Shown here in pieces: positions 20,997-28,988 of a DNA stretch of 64,000 nucleotides. Under the pieces are notes generated by a model that worked only from the letters and a program-made list of their open reading frames with translations, was not told the DNA's origin and ran no database searches. The position numbers and the translations under genes were made by a program. Position 1 is the first letter of the stretch. Each line of letters starts with the position of its first letter. Where the stretch lies: assembly GCA_963786935.1 (NCBI GenBank), contig CAWBAN010000005.1, positions 128,001-192,000 on the forward strand. The letters are read 5' to 3'. Origin of the DNA: an uncultured bacterium (lineage in GTDB: Bacteria; Krumholzibacteriota; Krumholzibacteriia; Krumholzibacteriales; Krumholzibacteriaceae).

Positions 20997-21665
20997 ATGT
21001 TCAAAGGAAAAGTGGTTGCTTTCGCTTTGATGCTCGTTATCGCAACCTCCGTCTACGCCGGCGACGTCGACGACTGCAGGAGCACCGCGGGGATCACCGG
21101 GTGCGCCTCTATGAAGTTGACGATCTGCCCGGCTGGAGACTTCGAGTTCATTCGCGATGCGTGCGGAACGGGAATCACTGCTTACATCTGGGTCACGGCT
21201 CGTGACGCCAGCAACAATCCGATCCCGGGTATTCCCTGGACGGATTACTGGCTAAATTCCTGCAACGCAGCGAAGCAGCTTGCTCTCTGCTCGAGCCCGA
21301 TCGGCGCCGACTCCCTCACCGGAGCCAACGGCACGACGACGTTCTCGGGCCGCATCGCGGCTGGCGGTTGCACGCTTACGCAGGGTGTCTGGTGGGCCAT
21401 TCAGGGCAAGATCCTGAAGGGCGTCTATCCGGACTGCACCAACAACGTTTGCCTTAGCATCATCGTAAAGAGCCCGGACCTTACCGGTGCCGGCGGCAAT
21501 CCGGACGGCGTCATCAACCTGTCCGACCTGGTTCCCTTCGGCTCGAGCTACAACAAGAACCTTGGTCAGGCCGGCTTCAACGCCTGCTGCGATTACAACG
21601 ATGACGACAAGTGCAACCTGAGCGACTTCGCGTTCTTCGGGACGCACTATCAGCACCGCTGCTAG
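20997..21665 (+). CDS. Secreted Cys-rich protein with C-terminal dockerin-like duplicated Ca-binding loops
   Basis: AGGAGG RBS, signal peptide ending VYA; DLTG...DGVINLSDLVPFGSSY and DYNDDDKCNLSDFAFFGTHY. Confidence 0.75.
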   Translation: MFKGKVVAFALMLVIATSVYAGDVDDCRSTAGITGCASMKLTICPAGDFEFIRDACGTGITAYIWVTARDASNNPIPGIPWTDYWLNSCNAAKQLALCSSPIGADSLTGANGTTTFSGRIAAGGCTLTQGVWWAIQGKILKGVYPDCTNNVCLSIIVKSPDLTGAGGNPDGVINLSDLVPFGSSYNKNLGQAGFNACCDYNDDDKCNLSDFAFFGTHYQHRC

Positions 21666-21773
21666 TTCGGCTGTCGCTGATCAGCTTCCGGGAGACGTAT
21701 GCAACGTAGGGCTACACAGAAGGAAGTTGGTTTCAGAGGTGCGATCTATTTTCTCGCCATAGGATGAGGGTTT

Positions 21774-21808
21774 GTGGCTGGATGGACGGAAACGTTTCAT
21801 CCAGCCAC
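21774..21808 (+). other. Stable intergenic stem-loop with GAAA tetraloop
   Basis: GTGGCTGGATGGACG-GAAA-CGTTTCATCCAGCCAC; no U-tract follows. Confidence 0.7.
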
Positions 21809-21866
21809 CCTGAATCCCGTGAAGTGAAGTAGTGTGAGTGTTCGTAGTACGTGAGAGGAGGCCACA

Positions 21867-22436
21867 ATGAAGAAGGCGTTGCTAATTGCTGCTGCGGTTA
21901 TGTTCATCGCCAGCGCCGCGTCCGCTGTCCTTCCGCCGGTCGGCTATATCGGCATTTTCGCGGACGGCACGCACAACACTGATCCGGCCGCCAACTACGC
22001 TTGCCCGGCTATGTACGGACAGTGCCAGGGCTGGATTTGGTGCTTGCCCGATGTGAATGGTCTGCAGGCGGCCGAGTTCGCGGTCAGCCTTCCGCCGACC
22101 ATGGTTCAGCTCGCGTCCGTGAAGAATCCGATCATCGCCGTCGAGCTCGGTTCGCTCGCGGGCGGCATCAGCGTCGCGTTCGCCGAGGGCTCGTGCCAGG
22201 CGGATTGGACATGGCTGTATCAGCTGACCTACATGGTTCTGGCCGCGGTTCCCCAGAAGGTCGAGATCGTTCCGCATCCGGGGACGCTGCCCGTGCCGGC
22301 GTATCAGTTCGCGACCTGCCAGGCCGGCTACCCGATCGTGCCCTGTCTCTACTTGACGCCTCTGTATGTTTGCTTCACCCCGAGCCCCCTCGGCGTCGAG
22401 CAGACCAACTGGGGAGCGATCAAGAGCCTGTTCTAA
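21867..22436 (+). CDS. Secreted cohesin-like protein, WGAIKSLF-tail family A (copy 1)
   Basis: Signal peptide MKKALL...ASA; NGLQAAEFAVSLP...GGISVAF...WTWLYQLTYMV; ends LGVEQTNWGAIKSLF. Confidence 0.8.
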   Translation: MKKALLIAAAVMFIASAASAVLPPVGYIGIFADGTHNTDPAANYACPAMYGQCQGWIWCLPDVNGLQAAEFAVSLPPTMVQLASVKNPIIAVELGSLAGGISVAFAEGSCQADWTWLYQLTYMVLAAVPQKVEIVPHPGTLPVPAYQFATCQAGYPIVPCLYLTPLYVCFTPSPLGVEQTNWGAIKSLF

Positions 22437-22493
22437 TCGCTGCAGCGCTAGGGCGACCTGATTTTTGTCAGTGAAGCTTCGTAGCGAACAGGA

Positions 22494-22522
22494 GGGGGTT
22501 CTCTGAGAAGCAGAGAACCCCC
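22494..22522 (+). terminator. 12-bp intergenic stem-loop, possible weak terminator
   Basis: GGGGGTTCTCTG-AGAAG-CAGAGAACCCCC followed by GTTTATAAA. Confidence 0.6.
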
Positions 22523-22627
22523 GTTTATAAAGAGGAGGTGAAGTCAGAAAGACAAGGAAAGCAATCGCTCAATTTGCCGGACAACACGCAGCAACGTGGG
22601 TTTGCACGATAGTAGGAGGACTTTCAG

Positions 22628-23176
22628 ATGAAGAAAGCGATGCTTCTCGTAGTGGCGATCATGCTCGTGGCCACCTCGGCCTTCGCCGGCCCCAAGGCTT
22701 ACATTGGTATTTGGGCCGACGCGGCTCATTCGGTGTGCAGCGTTTCCCCGCCGCAGTACGGCCAGACCCCGGCCTACATTTTCATTCTGCCCTCAAGCGC
22801 CGGCCTTCAGGCCGCCGAATTCAAAGTCGCGCTGCCCGCGACGCTCGTTCAGCTCGCTTCCGTGAAGAACCCGGGCATCACCGTCGAGCTCGGCTCGCTC
22901 CCGAACGGTATCAGCATTGCGTTCGGCGAGGGCCAGTGCCAGATGGATTGGACTTGGATATACAACCTGACGATCATGGTCCTCGCCACGGTGCCCACCG
23001 TGGTCGAGATCAGCCCGCATCCGGGAACGCTCCCGGCGCCGGCGTATCAGGTTGCGACCTGCGAGCCCGGTTATCCCATTATGCCCGCCACCAAATTGAC
23101 GAGCCTCTATTTCTATCAGCCGTGCGTTATCGGCACCGAGGACACCAACTGGGGAGCGATCAAGAGCCTGTTCTAA
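22628..23176 (+). CDS. Secreted cohesin-like protein, WGAIKSLF-tail family A (copy 2)
   Basis: Clear paralog of 21867-22436 (GLQAAEF, LASVKNP, PHPGTLP); ends IGTEDTNWGAIKSLF. Confidence 0.8.
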   Translation: MKKAMLLVVAIMLVATSAFAGPKAYIGIWADAAHSVCSVSPPQYGQTPAYIFILPSSAGLQAAEFKVALPATLVQLASVKNPGITVELGSLPNGISIAFGEGQCQMDWTWIYNLTIMVLATVPTVVEISPHPGTLPAPAYQVATCEPGYPIMPATKLTSLYFYQPCVIGTEDTNWGAIKSLF

Positions 23177-23208
23177 GAGCTTTCCTCACACTCGGTGGTT
23201 TGTGAGAA

Positions 23209-23236
23209 CGATGGGGATCCGCGAGGGTCCCCATCG
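23209..23236 (+). other. Intergenic stem-loop with GCGA tetraloop
   Basis: CGATGGGGATCC-GCGA-GGGTCCCCATCG. Confidence 0.7.
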
Positions 23237-23274
23237 CCGTCTACAAGGGCTATGCAACGAGGCGGATCTGCACT

Positions 23275-23859
23275 ATGAAACAACTGCTGACGGCTGTTCT
23301 TATATTCGTGGGCCTTTCGGGCCGGGCGGAGGCGCAGCTTCCGCAGCGAGGGACCGTTTCGCTCCACGCCGACGGGGCCCGCGCGTACAGCTCGTATTGC
23401 GCGATTCCGTGGGGCTTCTCCGTGGCGAAGGCCGAGATGTGGGTATGGTGCCAGCCCGGAGAGAACGGTCTCCAGGGCGTCGCATGCGCCGTTTCCTACC
23501 CCTCCAACGTTATCAGCGACCGGATAGTATACAGCGGCGACCTCGCGGTGAGGCAGGGGACTCTCTCCGGAGGGCTTTCGGCGTCGTTCGGGACCTGTCA
23601 GTGGAGCTGGTGCTGGATCGCGCATCAGACGCTCTACGTGACTTCCCTCCAGCAGACGTCGCTCGAGGTCGCGCCCCATCCGGCGGCGGGCGTCTTTCAA
23701 TTCTTCACCTGCGGCGCGGGCAATCCCGCGGAACCCTGCCTGAAGGGAACGAGCCTCTCGCTGAACGCTCCTTACTTGCCGTGCCTCATGCCCGAGACGG
23801 CGATCGGCGCCGCCGACGCGACGTGGGGAGCCGTGAAGGCCCTTTTCGAAGAGCGTTGA
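23275..23859 (+). CDS. Secreted cohesin-like protein, family A (copy 3, divergent)
   Basis: WVWCQPGENGLQGVACAVSYP...GGLSASFGTCQ...LEVAPHP; ends IGAADATWGAVKALFEER. Confidence 0.75.
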   Translation: MKQLLTAVLIFVGLSGRAEAQLPQRGTVSLHADGARAYSSYCAIPWGFSVAKAEMWVWCQPGENGLQGVACAVSYPSNVISDRIVYSGDLAVRQGTLSGGLSASFGTCQWSWCWIAHQTLYVTSLQQTSLEVAPHPAAGVFQFFTCGAGNPAEPCLKGTSLSLNAPYLPCLMPETAIGAADATWGAVKALFEER

Positions 23860-24008
23860 ACGGAGCGCGGGGAGCCCGACTTCGGGGGGATCGTCTTTTT
23901 CGCTTGTTTTTTCCCCCGCGGGGAAATAGCTTTCAGTAGCGGGTCATCGGTATTGTGCTGCCCCTTGGTCCTCGGACGACACCACCCCTGGAGACGAGGT
24001 GAAACCCT

Positions 24009-27000
24009 TTGAGAAAGCCTGATCGCAACCGGCTCATATGCGGTCTCGCGGCGGCTCTCGGCGTGCTCGCAGCGCTTGCGGGCGGAGCCGGGGCCCGCGA
24101 GGAAGGCGCGCGTCTCGTATCGTCGTCGTCCGGCGCCGTGGCGTTCGAGGTGAGCGTTCCGGCGCCCGTTCTCGTTCCCGGGCCCGGCGGCACGGTCAGA
24201 GTGGTCCTCGAGGGATATGGCACCTTCTCTCCGCCGGGAGCCGTGGAGCTGCCGGGCACGACCTTCCGCGTCGCGGTCCCGTCGGGCGGCGAGCCGCGCG
24301 TCTCCTGGACCGTGCTCGAGGAAGAGCCTCTCGGGTCGCTGATTCTCGCCCGCGTGGCGGGGGAGCGCCTCATCGAGGGCGCAAACGGCGTTCCGTCCTC
24401 GGAGCAGTACTATCCTCCCGATCCGTGGGCCGCGGGCGGAGCCCCTTCGCTCGTCGAGGTCAGGCGGCCGTCGTTCATGGGGCGGCAGCGGGTGCTTCCG
24501 ATCCGGGTGAATCCGCTCATCCTCGAAGGGGGGGGCGCGCGTCTCATCCGCAAGCTCTCGGTGACGGTGAGCTTCGGGGCGTCGCCCGCGCCCGCCGGGG
24601 CGGACGCCTTCGGGGAGGCTCCCCTCTCCGGCGCGTGGAAACGGCTCTACGGCGAGCTGCTCGTCAATCCCGACGATGCCGAGCGGCTCCGGAAACCGCT
24701 CGACCGCACGCCCCGGCTCTCGGCCGCGGCGGAGGCCGGCAAGAGGCTCAAGCTCCGCATTCCGGAAACGGGTGTCTATTATATGCGCGCCGATTCTCTC
24801 ATCGCGGCCGGGCTCTCGACGGGGCTCGCGACGGGCGAGCTCGCGCTCAGGAAATATTACTACGACGAAACGCAGCCCGGTTTCGAGAGGACCGTCGAGG
24901 CGCCGGTCTTCGTCGTCGAGGACGCGGGCGGCGCCCCGGGCGTTTTCGACGGAGGCGACCGCCTCTTTTTCTATGCGCTCGGCCTCAAGGACGACGCCGA
25001 CGCGCTCGACACGAACGCTCTCTTCGCCGCCGACAACGTCCTGTGGCTCGAGGAGGAGGTCGCCGGGGCGATCATGCCGCTCATCCCGCCCGGCCCGCCG
25101 GGCGCCACCGATACGGTGCGCCAATTCACCGCGACGATGAAATACCGCACGGACACCTGGTACATGAAGAACGCCGTTCCGGGGACGTTCGATTTCTACT
25201 ACGCGACGAAACCGCTCGCCAGAGACGCGGCGCTGCCGTTCACGCTGAATCATCCCGCTTCCACGGGCACGTTCTCCATAACCATTCGGTTGCAGGGGAA
25301 CGATCCGTCGTCCGCGTCGCACACCGTCTCGTTCAGCGTCAGGAACTCGACGGGAACGCACCTCCTCGGCTCGGGAGGCTTCTTTTCCAAGGAGGCGCGG
25401 ACCTACACCTACACGGGGCTCTCCGTTTCCTGGCTCGTCGACGGCCAGAACGAGCTCGTCATCGCCTGCAACGCCGACTACATGTATCTCGTCAACGATT
25501 TCACCGTCACCTATGCGGCAGGTTTCTTCGCGAGCGGCGACGCGCTCGAATTCGCCGTGAATCCGCTCGTCGACTATGCCGTGATCCCGATTTCGGGCTT
25601 CACGACGAACAGCGGCTTTCTCGTCGATATCACGAATCCGCGAAGCCCGTCGTACCGCGCGCTCGGGTCCTCCGATTTTTCTCCCGCGGACGGCGGCTAC
25701 CGGCTCGCCGTCACCGTCGGCGAGTCGATGACGGCGCGCCGGTTCGTCGCAATCGCCGGCGGCGGCGCGAACCGTCTCGCCGTGCGCTCCGTTTCGACGG
25801 ACGCGCCCTCGAACCTCCGCGAGACCGCCGGATCGTTCCAGGCGCTCGTCATCTCGCACCGCGACTTCATGACGACGCTGAGCACCGAGTACGCGGTGTG
25901 GCGCCGGAGCCAGGGCTATCGCGTGCTGCTGGCCGACGTCGAGGACGTCTTCGACGAGTTCAACGGCGGTCTGCCGCACGCGGACGCGATCAAGCGGTTC
26001 GTCAAATACGGTTTCGACCATTGGGGCGTGGAGCACGTGCTCCTCGTCGGGGACGCGAGCGAGGACCATAAGCGGGTCCTGTACGGACCGGATCCCGCCA
26101 CGCAGGGCTCTCCGCCCGATTACGTCCCGTCGTTCACCTATTCGACGAGCGTGAGCGGCTCGTACGACGACGAGGTCATCTACTCCGACCGGTACTACGC
26201 GTTTCTCGACGAGACGGTGCCCGTCAACGCGGGGGCGGCGCCCGCACCGATGCTCCCCGGCGGCTACCCCGACGTCTTCATCGGGAGGCTTCCCGTCGGG
26301 AGGGACGTCGAGCTGCGGGCCATCATCTACAAGATGAAACGCATGGAGACTCCGGAGACGGACGACGCATGGCGCCGCCGCCTCGTCCTCTTCTCCGACG
26401 ACGAGTGGTCCGGCCGGGGAAACGACTACATGTATCACGCGTACGAGGGCGAGTTCGAATGGAGCACGGACACCTGCGCGGCCTACGTGGAACGCTCGCT
26501 CCCCGGCGGATTCGACATCGAGCGGCTCCACCTGCGTCTCTACACCGATCCGATCCACCCGGACGAATCCGAGCGCGGCCCGGCCGTCCTGACCAAGGCC
26601 ACGAACGAGACGCGGAGAACGTTCACTCCCGCGCTCAACCGGGAGCTCAACAAGGGATGCCTCTGGTATATGTTCCAGGGGCACGGGAACCGCGCCGTCC
26701 TCACGACCGAGTCGGCCTACTCGCTCGGATGGTACATGGACCCCGACAGCCTGCGCACCTACACGCCGTTCATCTTCGTCGGCGTCGGCTGCCACATCAG
26801 CGATTTCGCGATCAGGGCGGAGTACAACACCTTCGGCGAAACGGGACCGAACGGCGACTGCATGAGCGAACAGCTGCTCTTCAAGTCCGGGGCGGGCGCC
26901 GTCGCGACGTACGCGAGTGCCGGCTTCGAGTATCTCAGCCAGAACGCGGTGCTCGTCGAGCAGCTGCACAGGACGATATTCCAGGCGCCGCCGGCCGATT

Positions 27001-28100
27001 CGATCGGCCCGCGCAACGAGTACACGGGCGCGCACTGGGTCTTCGGCGAGGCGATCGCGAAGGCGGAGATCGAGCAGATCGATCACACGTCGTACGGGAC
27101 CGATCAGGTGTTCCGCTACTGCGTCCTCGGCGATCCGATGCTCCGGATCGATCCGGGCCCGCCGCTCATGCGGCTCGAAGCCGATTCGGCCGGCGAGTAT
27201 ACAATCGTGTCCCCGGGCGACACGCTGAGGGCCCGCGGCGGCACGAACCTCATCAAGCTGCGCCTCACGGTGAGCGACGTCGTGGCGATCGGCCGCATCA
27301 CGCTCAGGGTGAACGGCGAGGACAGCACCGCCTCGATGCGGATCACGCCGCTCGTCGACGCGGACAAGACGTACGCGCGATCGTACCGGGCCGAATACGA
27401 TTTCGAGATCGATCCGAACGACGAATCGCTGCTCTTCCAGGTGTTCTCCCCGGACGGCCGCGAGGTCGGCCGCTTCGATTTTCCGATCTACACGAGCGTC
27501 CAGGCCTTCTATAACGATTTCAGCTACGAGATCGGCCCCGCCGCCGAGTCGCCCCCTTCGGGCACCTTCATCGTGACGGCCGAGTTCCCCTCGTACCTGG
27601 CGGAGCCGCCCGCGCTCTCCATCGACGGCGAGCTCAGGCCGGACATCGTTTTCGCGGTGGACGATCCCGCCCGAGCGCTGCGATGGAAGGCGGCGTTCCA
27701 GGCGACGCTCGAGAGCGGCCTGCACACCTTCACGGTGCACGCGGGGGACAATTTCTCCCGGGATATCTCGTTCACCGTCACCGGGAACGACCTCGTCGCG
27801 GAAGCCTTCAACATTCCCAATCCCTTCGGCAGCGAGACGAATATCGTCTACAGCCTCAACCTCTCCGTCGAGTCGGTGACGATCGACATCTACAACGTGA
27901 GCGGCGTGCTGATCAGGAGCCTCAAGCCGCCGCCCGGCGGCCTCGGCCCCGCCACATTCGCCCGGCCCCATTCCGTTCTCTGGGACGGGCGCGACCTCGC
28001 CGGCGACCGCGTCGCCAACGGCACGTACATCTATGTGATCCATATCCGCCGCGGGGGCCAGGACATCGACATCGAGGGGAAGAGCGTCAAACTCGAATAA
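24009..28100 (+). CDS. C25 (gingipain)-family cysteine peptidase, PorU/sortase-like, with propeptide-like N-terminus and C-terminal FlgD/T9SS-type domain
   Basis: PGAVELP propeptide motif, KLRIPETGVYY, DVEDVFDEFNGG, VLLVGDAS, DVFIGRLPV, catalytic FQGHG and VGVGCH, VLGDP; C-terminal NIPNPF...WDGRDLAGDRVANGTYIY. Confidence 0.85.
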   Translation: MRKPDRNRLICGLAAALGVLAALAGGAGAREEGARLVSSSSGAVAFEVSVPAPVLVPGPGGTVRVVLEGYGTFSPPGAVELPGTTFRVAVPSGGEPRVSWTVLEEEPLGSLILARVAGERLIEGANGVPSSEQYYPPDPWAAGGAPSLVEVRRPSFMGRQRVLPIRVNPLILEGGGARLIRKLSVTVSFGASPAPAGADAFGEAPLSGAWKRLYGELLVNPDDAERLRKPLDRTPRLSAAAEAGKRLKLRIPETGVYYMRADSLIAAGLSTGLATGELALRKYYYDETQPGFERTVEAPVFVVEDAGGAPGVFDGGDRLFFYALGLKDDADALDTNALFAADNVLWLEEEVAGAIMPLIPPGPPGATDTVRQFTATMKYRTDTWYMKNAVPGTFDFYYATKPLARDAALPFTLNHPASTGTFSITIRLQGNDPSSASHTVSFSVRNSTGTHLLGSGGFFSKEARTYTYTGLSVSWLVDGQNELVIACNADYMYLVNDFTVTYAAGFFASGDALEFAVNPLVDYAVIPISGFTTNSGFLVDITNPRSPSYRALGSSDFSPADGGYRLAVTVGESMTARRFVAIAGGGANRLAVRSVSTDAPSNLRETAGSFQALVISHRDFMTTLSTEYAVWRRSQGYRVLLADVEDVFDEFNGGLPHADAIKRFVKYGFDHWGVEHVLLVGDASEDHKRVLYGPDPATQGSPPDYVPSFTYSTSVSGSYDDEVIYSDRYYAFLDETVPVNAGAAPAPMLPGGYPDVFIGRLPVGRDVELRAIIYKMKRMETPETDDAWRRRLVLFSDDEWSGRGNDYMYHAYEGEFEWSTDTCAAYVERSLPGGFDIERLHLRLYTDPIHPDESERGPAVLTKATNETRRTFTPALNRELNKGCLWYMFQGHGNRAVLTTESAYSLGWYMDPDSLRTYTPFIFVGVGCHISDFAIRAEYNTFGETGPNGDCMSEQLLFKSGAGAVATYASAGFEYLSQNAVLVEQLHRTIFQAPPADSIGPRNEYTGAHWVFGEAIAKAEIEQIDHTSYGTDQVFRYCVLGDPMLRIDPGPPLMRLEADSAGEYTIVSPGDTLRARGGTNLIKLRLTVSDVVAIGRITLRVNGEDSTASMRITPLVDADKTYARSYRAEYDFEIDPNDESLLFQVFSPDGREVGRFDFPIYTSVQAFYNDFSYEIGPAAESPPSGTFIVTAEFPSYLAEPPALSIDGELRPDIVFAVDDPARALRWKAAFQATLESGLHTFTVHAGDNFSRDISFTVTGNDLVAEAFNIPNPFGSETNIVYSLNLSVESVTIDIYNVSGVLIRSLKPPPGGLGPATFARPHSVLWDGRDLAGDRVANGTYIYVIHIRRGGQDIDIEGKSVKLE

Positions 28101-28211
28101 TATTCCTTTACCTCGGCGGGGGACCTTCTCTACAATCGTCTCGAAGGAGACGCCCACCTCGCTTGGGACGCTCTCTGCGCGGGAACCGGCCTCATCCCCG
28201 GAGGTTCTGTC

Positions 28212-28922
28212 TTGAAGAAGCGTCTCGCGGCCCTCAGGAAGAAGGAGAAGCGCCTCGTCGTCGGGATCGAAATGGGGAGCGCGCCCGGCACGCTCGGCGC
28301 GGCGCTCGTCGAGGTGTCGGGAAGCGGCGACGATACCGTCCTCTCCGTGCGCGGATTCACGAGCCATACCCTCAATCCCGACCTCGTCGCGACGATGGGC
28401 GCCCTCGACCGGAACGAGCGATTCGGCTCGGAGGAGCTCGCCGGGATCAATTTCCTCGTTCTCAATCATCTCTCGAAGCTGTACGAGGACGTGCTCGAGA
28501 TCGCGTCGTCGAAGCCCGAGGAGGTCGATCTCATCGGTCTCAGCGGTCTCGAGGTCGCCGATGTCGCTTTTCCGGGCGATCCCGGCGTGCTCAGCGAGAT
28601 GACCGAGCGCGTCGTGGCGACCCGATTCAGGCTCGGCATGGAGAACGGAAACGGGAAGTTCGTCGGCGTGGAGGAGGCCCTGCTGCAGGGCATCGTGGGG
28701 GAGATGATCGACCGGTTCGGCCTCGACGAAGAGGTCCGGGAGGCCGTGGCCGCGGCGCTGCTGGCGAACGAGGCGCTCTTCCACGAAGACGCGAGCGTCT
28801 GCGAGGAAAACGGCGCCGCGAAGGGAAAGGGGCGCCGCAGTCTCAAGACGATCAAACGCACGGGCGTGCGCGCCGCGGCCGGCGGCTCGTGCCTGTGCGG
28901 AGAGTTCTTCTTTCCCGATTGA
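28212..28922 (+). CDS. Degenerate/shortened anhydro-N-acetylmuramic acid kinase (AnmK)-like protein
   Basis: RLVVGIEMGSAPGTLGAALVEV, EEVDLIGLSG, GDPGVLSEMT...VVATRFR, REAVAAALLANEAL resemble AnmK segments. Only 236 aa; next to SpoIID and GH3 genes. Confidence 0.6.
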   Translation: MKKRLAALRKKEKRLVVGIEMGSAPGTLGAALVEVSGSGDDTVLSVRGFTSHTLNPDLVATMGALDRNERFGSEELAGINFLVLNHLSKLYEDVLEIASSKPEEVDLIGLSGLEVADVAFPGDPGVLSEMTERVVATRFRLGMENGNGKFVGVEEALLQGIVGEMIDRFGLDEEVREAVAAALLANEALFHEDASVCEENGAAKGKGRRSLKTIKRTGVRAAAGGSCLCGEFFFPD

Positions 28923-28988
28923 GCGCCGGCGGCGCCGATGCGTGAGGCCGCGGCCCGCCGCCGCGCGGGAATCATCGAGGATGGCTCC

